Below, piece after piece: positions 1-8,433 of a stretch of 32,000 nt of DNA. The stretch's first letter is position 1; each line of letters begins with the position of its first letter. The translations under genes were made by a program, and so were the position numbers. The stretch is from Patescibacteria group bacterium (GTDB lineage Bacteria > Patescibacteriota > Patescibacteriia > 2-01-FULL-39-33). Location of the stretch: positions 90,001 to 122,000 of the forward strand of contig JBAZMW010000003.1 of NCBI GenBank assembly GCA_041649575.1, given 5' to 3'. A model generated the notes under the pieces. It was not told the origin of the DNA, searched no databases, and worked only from the letters and a program-made list of their open reading frames with translations.

Positions 1-79
1 GCAAAGCCAGGCCGCTCTCTGTGTCGGCAATAGCCAAACCGATTTTTACTTCACCATAGTCGATGCCAAGTAGTTTCAT
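1..79 (-). CDS. yqgF: Putative pre-16S rRNA nuclease / Holliday junction resolvase-like protein YqgF (RuvX), N-terminus only, truncated by window edge
   Basis: Reverse complement from 79 reads MKLLGIDYGEVKIGLAIADTESGLAL, the typical YqgF GIDYG...GLA(I/L)xD N-terminal motif; not in the supplied ORF track because it is partial. Confidence 0.85.
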   Translation of the reverse strand, partial: MKLLGIDYGEVKIGLAIADTESGLAL

Positions 80-91
80 GTCTGTTTACAG

Positions 92-176
92 TGTCATTGC
101 GAGGAGCGAAGCGATGTGGCAATCCCGTGGGATCCCCACGTCGCCCGGCCGAATGGCCGGACTCCTCGGGATGACA
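92..176. repeat. Intergenic palindromic repeat element of the TGTCATTGCGAGGAGCGAAGC type
   Basis: Imperfect terminal inverted repeat TGTCATTGCGAGGAG / CTCCTCGGGATGACA (13/15 complementary) enclosing GCGATGTGG/CCACGTCGC and CCGGCCGAATGGCCGG. Only one copy seen in the window. Confidence 0.7.
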
Positions 177-177
177 A

Positions 178-948
178 TTAAATAGTAGTTATAATCTCTC
201 CTCCCCTTTCTGTCACCGCGATCGTATGCTCAAAATGCGCCGAGAGCGAATTGTCTCTAGTGGCCACCGTCCAGCCGTCGTCCAAAGTTTCTACCGGCCA
301 GTCGCCAAAATTAACCATTGGCTCTAGAGCCAAAGTCATACCAACCGCCAGCTTGATGTCGGCAAACCTCTTGTCCACATAATTGGGAATTTGCGGATCT
401 TCGTGGGGAGAAAAACCGACTCCATGGCCGCACAATTGCCGCACAACACTAAAACCATTTTTTTCAACGTAATCTTGAATGGCGCGGGAAATGTCCGTCA
501 ATTTATTGCCAGCTTTGGCCTGCCTAATGCCTTTAGACAAAGATTCTTCCGTGACGGAAATAAGTTTTCGGATTTGCCGGCCAACACTACCAACGGCGAC
601 TGTCTTGGCCATGTCGGTAAAAAGCCCGCGATACTCCAGGCCGCAATCAATACCAACGATGTCGCCGCTTTTAATAATCCTATTGGGAACCGGCAGGCCA
701 TGCACCACTTCGTTATTTAACGAAAGGCAAAGAGCCGAGGGATAGGCATGCTCGGCCCAAGAAGCCCGATAACCCTTAAAACTTGGCTTGCCGCCGGCTT
801 TTTTTATTAATTCTTCGGCATAAACACTCAATTCTTCGGTGCCAACGCCGGGTTTTATTTTTTTTATTACCAAAGCCAAAACCTGGGCGAGAATTTTCCC
901 GCCCTGACGCATGGTGGCTATTTGTTGTTTATTTTTTAATTTAACCAT
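178..948 (-). CDS. map: Methionine aminopeptidase, type I
   Basis: 256 aa; YPSALCLSLNNEVVHGLP, GDIVGIDCGLEYRGLFTDMAKTVAVG, CGHGVGFSPHEDPQIPNY, TLALEPMVN and FEHTIAVTE motifs. Confidence 0.96.
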   Translation of the reverse strand: MVKLKNKQQIATMRQGGKILAQVLALVIKKIKPGVGTEELSVYAEELIKKAGGKPSFKGYRASWAEHAYPSALCLSLNNEVVHGLPVPNRIIKSGDIVGIDCGLEYRGLFTDMAKTVAVGSVGRQIRKLISVTEESLSKGIRQAKAGNKLTDISRAIQDYVEKNGFSVVRQLCGHGVGFSPHEDPQIPNYVDKRFADIKLAVGMTLALEPMVNFGDWPVETLDDGWTVATRDNSLSAHFEHTIAVTERGGEIITTI

Positions 949-1033
949 GACTTAATATTAACAAAAAAAGAATAAAATCACAAAAAGATAAACTTATTTT
1001 TGCCTAAATTTAAACAAAAAATAACATTATTTA

Positions 1034-1062
1034 TTGACATTTAATTTTGGATATGATATAAT
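1034..1062 (+). promoter_or_regulatory. Consensus sigma70-type promoter for plus-strand cassette
   Basis: TTGACA (1034-1039) - 17 nt - TATAAT (1057-1062), both hexamers perfect, upstream of the first strong RBS/ORF. Confidence 0.8.
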
Positions 1063-1127
1063 TATATATTGGGTCGGCATCGCGCTGACTCGAGATTTTG
1101 GACATTTTCAACCAAGGAGAAAGAGAA

Positions 1128-1481
1128 ATGAAACGATTTTTCAGCTTTTTGGAGCGGCTGTTCGCCGGCCTGAGTGCGATAGCTCTACTGCTCGGCCTGA
1201 TGTTTGTGGCCGGCATCTGTCTATCGCTGCCCTGGTACGGCTGGATTGCCAGCTTCCTGGCCGGCATCTTCACCGCAGGGATAAGAGTGATCCGCTGGCC
1301 GATCAAAATCGCCTTGCTGGTAATCTGGGGGCCGATGATCATGGCTTTCGGCTACTACATCGTCTTCCCGATGGTCGGGCCGGTGAGTATCGTGCAGGGA
1401 GCGATCTGCTGGGTGATATTCATCACGGCGTTTGTGATGGCTCGCTGCGCCGCCGGCATCAAGGACATGCCAACGGACTGA
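1128..1481 (+). CDS. Hypothetical small multi-span membrane protein (cassette ORF A)
   Basis: AAGGAG at 1114-1119, 8 nt before ATG 1128; MKRFFSFLERLFAGLSAIALLLGLMFVAGICL..., 117 aa with several hydrophobic spans. The track start at 1098 (TTG) precedes the SD and is probably wrong. Confidence 0.75.
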   Translation: MKRFFSFLERLFAGLSAIALLLGLMFVAGICLSLPWYGWIASFLAGIFTAGIRVIRWPIKIALLVIWGPMIMAFGYYIVFPMVGPVSIVQGAICWVIFITAFVMARCAAGIKDMPTD

Positions 1482-1538
1482 AAAGGCCTATGAGCGGTGC
1501 CTTTGAAAACCGCTTAAGACAAAGAAGGAGTTGCAACC

Positions 1539-2156
1539 ATGATAGAACCTGTTGGTGTTATATTGTGCGGTATAGTGATCTTGGTCCTTGGGGTTGGGTG
1601 GAGTCTAATCTCAAGGAAGAGTCTGGAATTCTTCAGTTGCGTGACACTGGTGGTGCTGGCTGTCGGCCTGTACTTGTCAGTGTCCGATCACCAAATCCCC
1701 AAGACGTCATGGGGAGCCACCACGCCGGGCGCGATGATGCCCTACGACCAGAAACAAGCCACCGACGCGTTCGACGCATCGGCGAAGCAGGCACAAGGAG
1801 CTACAGGGTGTAGCGCCGGAGCAGAGCAAAGGACCGCTGTGACCGCACTGACCCGCGACGAAGAGACGGCGCTGGCCAGACAACGGAACGCAGCGGCCGC
1901 CCAAGAAAGCGGTGAAACAACCGCCGACAAGTGGCCGATGAAGGAGCTAGCCATCACTCCGCTGAGCAAGTGGTTTAACCAAAGGGAAAGCAAGGGGGGC
2001 TGGTCTTCCGTAAACTATGGCTCGTACCGGTGGGTGCGAGTGGATGATAGGCTGGGACTGCAGTCCCATACGGTATATGGCTGTGTGATTTCCTTCGTGC
2101 CAGAGCCGCCGGCCACGCCAGCGACAACGGCCGAAACAAAGGAGGACAAGCCATGA
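1539..2156 (+). CDS. Hypothetical protein, N-terminal hydrophobic segments plus Ala/Thr-rich soluble region (cassette ORF B)
   Basis: AAGGAG at 1525-1530, 8 nt before ATG; MIEPVGVILCGIVILVLGVGWSLISRK..., 205 aa. Confidence 0.72.
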   Translation: MIEPVGVILCGIVILVLGVGWSLISRKSLEFFSCVTLVVLAVGLYLSVSDHQIPKTSWGATTPGAMMPYDQKQATDAFDASAKQAQGATGCSAGAEQRTAVTALTRDEETALARQRNAAAAQESGETTADKWPMKELAITPLSKWFNQRESKGGWSSVNYGSYRWVRVDDRLGLQSHTVYGCVISFVPEPPATPATTAETKEDKP

Positions 2157-2320
2157 CCACGACATGGTGGCAAGAATTGGGACGATATGAGTACGAGATT
2201 GAAGTCGGAGAGAACGGCGGCCAACACTACACCGGCCGCCATCGCTGTGTTGGCGGACAATTGGCAGATGGCCGGTGGCCGATCTTTGGTGACAAGTCTG
2301 GCGAGACGGTTTACGCCTGA
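2153..2320 (+). CDS. Hypothetical 55-aa protein (cassette ORF C), overlaps the stop of ORF B by ATGA
   Basis: Below the ORF track cutoff. AAAGGAGG (2138-2145 area), ATG 2153; translation MTTTWWQELGRYEYEIEVGENGGQHYTGRHRCVGGQLADGRWPIFGDKSGETVYA*. Confidence 0.65.
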   Translation: MTTTWWQELGRYEYEIEVGENGGQHYTGRHRCVGGQLADGRWPIFGDKSGETVYA

Positions 2321-2333
2321 AAGGAGACGCGCC

Positions 2334-2687
2334 ATGCAATTCGTACTGAAAGTTGATGACGGTGTGAAAGAGCCGCCGACGCTGCGGGATGCCATCCTGG
2401 CGGCTAAGAAGCTGGCCCACTATGACGCCTTGGTGGCTTTCCTGGCCACTCAGAAAATGACCGAGCCAGGAAGAAAGCGACTGGCCGCTAACGCGGTAGT
2501 GGAAGCAATTGGCCACCTCTGGGTGCAGCCGCCAGGCAAGTGGGCCCAACAAGTGCGAAGTTTTGTGGCGGTCGAAGTTGGCGTCAATAGCGCCATAACG
2601 CTTGAAGACTCCCCGTGTCTCGACTTCCCTGTCTTCAACGTGGAGCCAGAGCGGCCGCCCTCGGTTCCGCCCGAACCCGAGTCCTAA
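2334..2687 (+). CDS. Hypothetical 117-aa protein (cassette ORF D)
   Basis: AAGGAG at 2321-2326, 7 nt before ATG 2334; MQFVLKVDDGVKEPPTLRDAILAAKKLAHYDALVAFLATQKMTEPGRKRLAANAVVEAIGHLWVQ... The track start at 2187 overlaps ORF C and lacks this SD. Confidence 0.7.
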   Translation: MQFVLKVDDGVKEPPTLRDAILAAKKLAHYDALVAFLATQKMTEPGRKRLAANAVVEAIGHLWVQPPGKWAQQVRSFVAVEVGVNSAITLEDSPCLDFPVFNVEPERPPSVPPEPES

Positions 2688-2700
2688 CCGTACATTCGAT

Positions 2701-2743
2701 CCCCTGGGGTTGCGCACTTGCGCGACCCCGGGGTAATTTTTTT
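2701..2743 (+). terminator. Rho-independent terminator of the plus-strand cassette
   Basis: CCCCTGGGGTTGCGC-ACTT-GCGCGACCCCGGGG (about 14 bp with one bulged T and one wobble) followed by TAATTTTTTT. Confidence 0.88.
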
Positions 2744-2869
2744 ATAAATAATATTTTTTACTATCTTTCTTTTTCTTTTTTAGAATATTTAATTTTATTA
2801 GTTTTAAAAGTTACTTTAGATAAAAATGACCACTAAAAAATTTAGAAACAAAATCAAGTAATTAGAGCG

Positions 2870-2888
2870 TTCCGCCTTCCGGGCGGAA
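2870..2888. repeat. Small GC-rich hairpin
   Basis: TTCCGCC-TTCCG-GGCGGAA, 7-bp perfect stem. Confidence 0.5.
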
Positions 2889-2904
2889 ATTTATAACTGT
2901 TTGA

Positions 2905-2929
2905 AAACCCCGCCTGTAAGGCGGGGTTT
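2905..2929 (-). terminator. Probable terminator downstream of adk, possibly bidirectional
   Basis: AAACCCCGCC-TGTAA-GGCGGGGTTT, 10-bp perfect stem; on the minus strand it follows the adk stop. Confidence 0.65.
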
Positions 2930-3029
2930 GAGTTTTATAAATTAGCGATAATTGCGCTAGATTTTGTCTAAATTTTTTAATGGTCAGAGTTTTTGCGCTA
3001 CTTTTTGCGGCCAAAAAGTAGCAATGGGC

Positions 3030-3707
3030 CTATTTCCACCCCACTTTGCTTCTTAAATCCTCCACCATCCGCCTGACCAGCTGCTGAAAAACAGCTTCAA
3101 TATGCTTCTCGCCGTCGATCTCTATCAGCAGCCCTTTGTCTCGATAAAATTTTATAATACCATCCATCTCTCGATGATAAATTTCCAGCCGGTTCGTCAC
3201 TACCTCTTCTTTGTCGTCATCGCGCTGAAACAGCGGTTCGCCGCAATTATCACAAATTCCCTCTGTTTTTGGCGGTGAATATTTGATGTGCCAGGAATGG
3301 CCATTTTTGCACACCCGGCGACCAGACATTCTCTCGACTATTGTCTCATCGGAAACCTTAACCAAGAAAACATAATCCACATCCACATTCTTGTCTAAGA
3401 AATCCGCCTGATCCAAAGTCCTCGGACAGCCATCCAGGACATAACCGAATTTACAGTCGTCTTTTTTTATTCTTTCGACAACCAAATGATCAACCACTTC
3501 TGTTGGCACCAACTGTCCCTTTTCGATATAAGCCTTGACCTCGGCGGACAAAGGGTGACTGGAATCATTTTTTATGGACGAAAGGATTTGGCCAGAAGAA
3601 ACATGAGGGATATCAAAAGTTTTGGCCAATAGACCGGCCTGGGTGCCTTTGCCGGAAACTGGCGGACCTAAGACAATGATCTCAAATGGTTTTTCGTTTT
3701 GAAACAT
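3030..3707 (-). CDS. adk: Adenylate kinase
   Basis: P-loop GPPVSGKGTQAGLLA, VLDGCPRTLDQA, and a Cys/His lid insert (CKNGHSWH...CDNCG). Confidence 0.93.
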   Translation of the reverse strand: MFQNEKPFEIIVLGPPVSGKGTQAGLLAKTFDIPHVSSGQILSSIKNDSSHPLSAEVKAYIEKGQLVPTEVVDHLVVERIKKDDCKFGYVLDGCPRTLDQADFLDKNVDVDYVFLVKVSDETIVERMSGRRVCKNGHSWHIKYSPPKTEGICDNCGEPLFQRDDDKEEVVTNRLEIYHREMDGIIKFYRDKGLLIEIDGEKHIEAVFQQLVRRMVEDLRSKVGWK

Positions 3708-3778
3708 ACGAATTGGCTTATAGTTTATAGCGTATGGCTTATGGACTATTATTTGCCATAGGCCATTGACTATTTAAG

Positions 3779-5053
3779 CTAGATTTCCTCGTAATCGCGC
3801 ATGGAGAGTTGCGCGTTGATTTGATTGACCGTCTCAATTACTACCGAAACCACGATTAACAAGGAGGTGCCGCCAACCACCAACGACTGGGTGCCGGTAA
3901 CTTGAGAAGTGGCCAAAGGCAAAACGGCGATGATGCCCAAAAATAGGGCGCCGGTAAAAACAATACGGCTTATGATTTTCTGGATATATTCGGCGGTGTT
4001 TCTGCCCGGACGAATGCCAGGTATGAAGCCGCCCTGCTTCTGCAGATTTTCGGAAATCTGATCAGGATGAAAAATAACCGCTGTATAAAAATAGGTGAAA
4101 GCCACCACCATTATAAAATACAGAGCGCCATAAAATAATTGGTTTTGAAAAATTCTCACCACCCAAAAAGCGGCGGCGGCCACCCAAGCGGTATGGACTT
4201 GAGTGAATAATTGAGCAATCATTGGCGGAAAGAGAATGATAGAGATGGCAAAAATAATTGGAATAACACCGGCCTGATTAACCCTTAAGGGCAAATGAGT
4301 GTTGGTGCCGCCGTACATTTTATTGCCGCGCACTTGGCGCGCATAAGAAATGGGTATGTTTCTTTGGCCTTCGGTAATAAAAACCACGCCCACAATCACC
4401 ACCAGGGCGATTACCGCAAAAACAATCATATTGATAATCTGCGACTGATCATAGGAATATAAAATACTACTGACTGCTTTGGGAATACCAGCAACAATAC
4501 CGGCAAAAATCAAAAGCGAGATGCCATTACCAACATGCTTCTCGGAAATCAGCTCTCCTAGCCACATCAGAAAAACCGTGCCCCCGGTGACAGTAATAAT
4601 TGTCAGGGCAAACTGCCAGGGAGTAAAGTTGGCGAGGACACCGCCGGCGCTGCGCTGCAAAATAGAAATCATACCAAAGGCCTGGAGCATAGCCAGGGGG
4701 ACGCTCAGCCAACGAGTCCATTGGTTTATTTTTTGCCGGCCGTACTCCCCTTCTTTGGAGAGTTCTTCCAGCTTAGGAACCACCATTACCAATAATTGAA
4801 AAATAATCGAGGCGGTAATATAAGGAGCCACGCCCAACATGACAACGGAAAAATTTTCCATACTGCCGCCGGAAAACACATTCATAAGACCGAGCAGCTG
4901 ATTGTTGGCAAATAAATTTTTTAGAGCCGTAGTATCGATTCCTGGTACCGGTATATGAGCCGCGACCCGAAAAATAACCAGCATCAGAAAGACAAACAAG
5001 ATACTCTTGCGTAAATCGGGAATTTTCCAGATTTGAGTCAGTTTATTGAACAT
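3779..5053 (-). CDS. secY: Preprotein translocase subunit SecY
   Basis: 424 aa; FRVAAHIPVPGID, GVAPYITASIIFQLL, GNGISLLIFAGI, LPLRVNQAGVIPIIFA, NLQKQGGFIPGIRPG. Confidence 0.98.
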   Translation of the reverse strand: MFNKLTQIWKIPDLRKSILFVFLMLVIFRVAAHIPVPGIDTTALKNLFANNQLLGLMNVFSGGSMENFSVVMLGVAPYITASIIFQLLVMVVPKLEELSKEGEYGRQKINQWTRWLSVPLAMLQAFGMISILQRSAGGVLANFTPWQFALTIITVTGGTVFLMWLGELISEKHVGNGISLLIFAGIVAGIPKAVSSILYSYDQSQIINMIVFAVIALVVIVGVVFITEGQRNIPISYARQVRGNKMYGGTNTHLPLRVNQAGVIPIIFAISIILFPPMIAQLFTQVHTAWVAAAAFWVVRIFQNQLFYGALYFIMVVAFTYFYTAVIFHPDQISENLQKQGGFIPGIRPGRNTAEYIQKIISRIVFTGALFLGIIAVLPLATSQVTGTQSLVVGGTSLLIVVSVVIETVNQINAQLSMRDYEEI

Positions 5054-5056
5054 AAA

Positions 5057-5506
5057 CTATTTTAATTCCGCTTGGCCGCCGGCTTTGATAATGGCCTCTT
5101 TGGCGCTAGCAGAGAAGGCGCGAGCAACAACGGTTAATTTTTTGGTTAATTTGCCCTCACCCAAAACTTTTACGCCACTAACTTTTTTGGCTATCAAGCC
5201 ATTTTTTTTCATGGCCTTAATGTCTGCCACGGTTCCAGCGTCAAATTTTTCTAAATCCCTTAAATTAACCACGACCAATTTCGGTTTCAAGCTTCTAAAG
5301 CCACGAATTTTGGGAATGCGTTGCAGGGTTTGTTTAAAGCCAAGGGCTTTTAGACCGCCTTTGCCGCCACTTCTGGCTCTCTGGCCTTTCATGCCACGGC
5401 CGGAATAGGTGCCGCGCTTTCCGCCGCGACCAACGCGTTTGGCTTTCTTGGCCGCTCCTTTGGCCGGCTTTAAATTGGATAAAGTCAAAGACATAATTTT
5501 AGTCAA
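5057..5506 (-). CDS. rplO: 50S ribosomal protein L15
   Basis: MSLTLSNLKPAKGAAKKAKRVGRGGKRGTYSGRGMKGQRARSGG (start probably at the second Met). Confidence 0.96.
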   Translation of the reverse strand: MTKIMSLTLSNLKPAKGAAKKAKRVGRGGKRGTYSGRGMKGQRARSGGKGGLKALGFKQTLQRIPKIRGFRSLKPKLVVVNLRDLEKFDAGTVADIKAMKKNGLIAKKVSGVKVLGEGKLTKKLTVVARAFSASAKEAIIKAGGQAELK

Positions 5507-5993
5507 TTTTTTCTTTTTTGGGTCGTTTCTTTAAGAGGCCCAGGGCTTTGATGGTCGCCCGAACATTATTAACTTTATTATTGGTGCCTAAAATTTTAGA
5601 AACAGCGTTTTCTACGCCCGCCAACTCCAAAACAGTGCGCACCGCGCCACCGGAGATAATTCCTGTTCCCGCGGGAGCTGGTTTCAGCAGAATTCTAGCC
5701 GAACCATCTTTAAGAAAAATTTCATGAGGGATAGTGCCATAAACCAAATTTATTCTAATGGCGTTCTTCTCGGCTTTTTTGGCCGCCTTCTGAACAGCCA
5801 GCGGTACGTCGTGGCCCTTGGCCAGGCCAAAACCAATCTTTCCCTTTTTGTCACCCACAACCACACAGGCCCGGAAACGCATTCTTTTACCGCCAGCCAT
5901 AACTCTGGTGACACGAGCGATGTCAACGATCCGCTGATCCATTTCTGACTGTTCTTTTCTGGTTTTGGGAAATCTGTTATTTTTATCTGTCAT
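5499..5993 (-). CDS. rpsE: 30S ribosomal protein S5
   Basis: VARVTRVMAGGKRMRFRACVVVGDKKGKIGFGLAKG... GTGIISGGAVRTVLELAG. Confidence 0.97.
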   Translation of the reverse strand: MTDKNNRFPKTRKEQSEMDQRIVDIARVTRVMAGGKRMRFRACVVVGDKKGKIGFGLAKGHDVPLAVQKAAKKAEKNAIRINLVYGTIPHEIFLKDGSARILLKPAPAGTGIISGGAVRTVLELAGVENAVSKILGTNNKVNNVRATIKALGLLKKRPKKEKID

Positions 5994-6001
5994 AAAAAAT
6001 A

Positions 6002-6355
6002 TTAAATTTTTAAACCGGCTTCTCTGGCGCCATCGGCCAAAGCCTTGACCCGGCCATGATATTTAAAAGCACCTTTATCAAAAACTACCACGGTAATTTT
6101 TTGCCCAGCCGCTTTTTGCGCTACTAACTTTCCTAGTTCATAAGCTTGAGCGGTTTTGGTTTTTCCGCCTTTTACTTCCTTGTCGCTGGCACTAACTAAA
6201 GTCCGCCCCTTGGTGTCATCGACTAACTGAACATACAAATGTTCTAAACTACGATAAACGGAAAGCCGCGGCCGCTCACTGGTGCCTTTGATTTTGGCTC
6301 TAATCCTGGCTTTCCTTCTTATCTTAGTTTGGTTTTTTTGTTTAGTTTTTTTCAT
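6002..6355 (-). CDS. rplR: 50S ribosomal protein L18
   Basis: RRKARIRAKIKGTSERPRLSVYRSLEHLYVQLVDD. Confidence 0.95.
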   Translation of the reverse strand: MKKTKQKNQTKIRRKARIRAKIKGTSERPRLSVYRSLEHLYVQLVDDTKGRTLVSASDKEVKGGKTKTAQAYELGKLVAQKAAGQKITVVVFDKGAFKYHGRVKALADGAREAGLKI

Positions 6356-6367
6356 AAATAATCACCA

Positions 6368-6907
6368 TTATTTGCCAGCGGTTTTGCCGGCTTTGCGCCG
6401 CACCAATTCGCCGACATATCTGATACCACTACCTTTATAAGGCTCTGGTTTTTTTATTCTTCTGATCTGAGCGGCCACTTCGCCAACCAACTGTTTGTCG
6501 ATACTAGAAACTGTAATAACATTGCCTTCGATTTTGGCCTCGACACCATTAGGGATATTATATTCTACTGGATGAGAAAAGCCAACATTTAGAATTATCT
6601 TTCTGCCACTAAGAGCGGCCTTATAGCCAATGCCGTTAATTTCCAGGCCCTTAGAAAAGCCGACCGTCACACCAAGAATCATATTTTTAATTAAACTGCC
6701 GAACAATCCCCACAAAGCGCGCTGGTTTTTGTCGTTTTCATTTTTAACTTTTAAGCTAATGCCCTCGGCGCCAATCTCAAGACTAACCAAGCGATGCAGT
6801 TCTTGTTTTAATTCGCCCTTAGGGCCTTTCACAGTCAGAACGCCGCTGTCGTTTTTAACCTCAACGCCAACCGGAATTTTTATTAATTGTTTACCAATTC
6901 TGCTCAT
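6368..6907 (-). CDS. rplF: 50S ribosomal protein L6
   Basis: MSRIGKQLIKIPVGVEV... KPEPYKGSGIRYVGELVRRKAGKTAG; start set to the internal Met of MSRIGK rather than the track start at 6925. Confidence 0.95.
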   Translation of the reverse strand: MSRIGKQLIKIPVGVEVKNDSGVLTVKGPKGELKQELHRLVSLEIGAEGISLKVKNENDKNQRALWGLFGSLIKNMILGVTVGFSKGLEINGIGYKAALSGRKIILNVGFSHPVEYNIPNGVEAKIEGNVITVSSIDKQLVGEVAAQIRRIKKPEPYKGSGIRYVGELVRRKAGKTAGK

Positions 6908-6911
6908 ATTT

Positions 6912-7310
6912 TTAATAAATTTCACAAATTATCTCGCCGCCCAAGCCAGCTTTTTTGGCTTCATCGCCAGTCATCAATCCTCGAGAGGTGGAAATAATTG
7001 ATATTCCTAAACCATTTAAGACTCTGGGCAACTTATCTTTAGCGGCATAAACCCGCTTGCCAGGCTTGGAAATCTTTTTCAGACTGGTAATGGCCGGCTT
7101 GGAATCCTCGTACTTCAAGCTCACCATGAGACCGCCGAATTTGCTGTCAGCCCCCGGCTTGATCTCTTCGAAGCTTTCAATCAGTCCTCGTTTCTTAAAA
7201 ATTTTTATCATTTCCAGCTTGATTTTGGAAAAAGGAATATAGACCTCCGTCTTTTTAACTTTGGAGGCATTCCTGATTCTAGTTAACATGTCAGCTATAG
7301 GATCGGTCAT
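6912..7310 (-). CDS. rpsH: 30S ribosomal protein S8
   Basis: MTDPIADMLTRIRNASKVKK... GISIISTSRGLMTGDEAKKAGLGGEIICEIY. Confidence 0.97.
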   Translation of the reverse strand: MTDPIADMLTRIRNASKVKKTEVYIPFSKIKLEMIKIFKKRGLIESFEEIKPGADSKFGGLMVSLKYEDSKPAITSLKKISKPGKRVYAAKDKLPRVLNGLGISIISTSRGLMTGDEAKKAGLGGEIICEIY

Positions 7311-7333
7311 ATAAAATTAAAATTAAATTTATT

Positions 7334-7519
7334 TTACCAGGAAGACTTACTTACCCCGGGAATCTGGCCATTATTGGCTAATTCGCGAAAACAAATACGG
7401 CAGAGTTTAAACTTCCTCATATAACCGTGTCTACGGCCGCAACGCCAGCAACGGTTAACAATACGGGTGGAAAATTTCCTTTTTTTATTCGATTTTGCTC
7501 TTTGCGCTTGTGTCGCCAT
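7334..7519 (-). CDS. rpsN: 30S ribosomal protein S14, zinc-binding (type Z)
   Basis: [46 protein letters not shown]. Confidence 0.96.
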   Translation of the reverse strand: MATQAQRAKSNKKRKFSTRIVNRCWRCGRRHGYMRKFKLCRICFRELANNGQIPGVSKSSW

Positions 7520-7530
7520 ATAAAAAATTA

Positions 7531-8079
7531 TTAACTTTTCTTCTGGAAGGGAAACCCTAATAACCTAAACAATTCCACGCCCTCGGCCTGAGTCTGGGCG
7601 GTAGTAGTGACGGCGATTTCCAATCCGTGTATTTTTTCGACCTCATCAGACTTAATTTCCGGAAAAACATTATGCTCTTTAAAGCCCAAATTTAAATTGC
7701 CACGCTGATCGACATTCTTAAGCGGCAAGCCGCGAAAATCACGAATTCTGGGAATGGCGATATTGATCAGCTTATCCAAAAAATCGTACATTCTATTGCC
7801 TCTTAAGGTAACTTTTACTCCCACCACCATGTTTTCTCTTATTTTAAAGGCGGAGATGGCTTGGCGGGCCTTGGTACGGACTGGTTTTTGGCCTGTAATT
7901 CGTATGATGTTTTTCTCGACATTTTCCAAATAACCACTGTCGGTGTTTCGAGAATTAATGCCCACATTAATAGTGACCTTTTCGATTCTGGGTACGGCCA
8001 GTTTATTTTTAAAACCAAACTTTTCCTGCATGGCCGGAATTACTTCGGTTTGATATTTTTTGGCTAATCTGGTTTTCAT
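7531..8079 (-). CDS. rplE: 50S ribosomal protein L5
   Basis: [13 protein letters not shown]... [33 protein letters not shown]. Confidence 0.97.
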   Translation of the reverse strand: MKTRLAKKYQTEVIPAMQEKFGFKNKLAVPRIEKVTINVGINSRNTDSGYLENVEKNIIRITGQKPVRTKARQAISAFKIRENMVVGVKVTLRGNRMYDFLDKLINIAIPRIRDFRGLPLKNVDQRGNLNLGFKEHNVFPEIKSDEVEKIHGLEIAVTTTAQTQAEGVELFRLLGFPFQKKS

Positions 8080-8083
8080 ATTT

Positions 8084-8422
8084 TTAGATAACTTCTTTGC
8101 ACTTTTGACAAACTCTGCTTTTTATAATTTTTTGATTGTTGTTGTCCGGCGCCGCTTCCACTTTTGTTAATTTGAAACCAACACGAGTCGGACGGCCGCA
8201 TTTGGTACAAATCAAGGCGACATTGGAAACATCCAAAGGAGCGGGAAACTGAATTCTTTGGCCTTTTTCGCCTTGTCTTTTGGCTCGTTGATGCTTAATC
8301 ATCAGATTTAGGCCTTCGATCACTATCTTTTTTTCTTCAACTAAAACCTGCAAGACCTTGCCAGTTTTGCCCTTATCCTTGCCAGTTAGAATTTTAACTT
8401 TATCGCCAGCTTTTATTTTCAT
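8084..8422 (-). CDS. rplX: 50S ribosomal protein L24
   Basis: MKIKAGDKVKILTGKDKGKTGKVLQVL KOW motif, NVALICTKCGRPTRVGFK. Confidence 0.96.
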   Translation of the reverse strand: MKIKAGDKVKILTGKDKGKTGKVLQVLVEEKKIVIEGLNLMIKHQRAKRQGEKGQRIQFPAPLDVSNVALICTKCGRPTRVGFKLTKVEAAPDNNNQKIIKSRVCQKCKEVI

Positions 8423-8433
8423 ATAATTATTAT

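Noticed and set aside
1034-1813. 259-aa plus-strand ORF in the track
   Set aside because: Starts inside the promoter, lacks an SD and is in a different frame from the SD-linked ORFs A and B; looks like an out-of-frame artefact of GC-rich sequence.
1947-2717. 256-aa minus-strand ORF antisense to the cassette
   Set aside because: Runs through the GC-rich terminator, antisense to ORFs with good SDs; likely shadow ORF.
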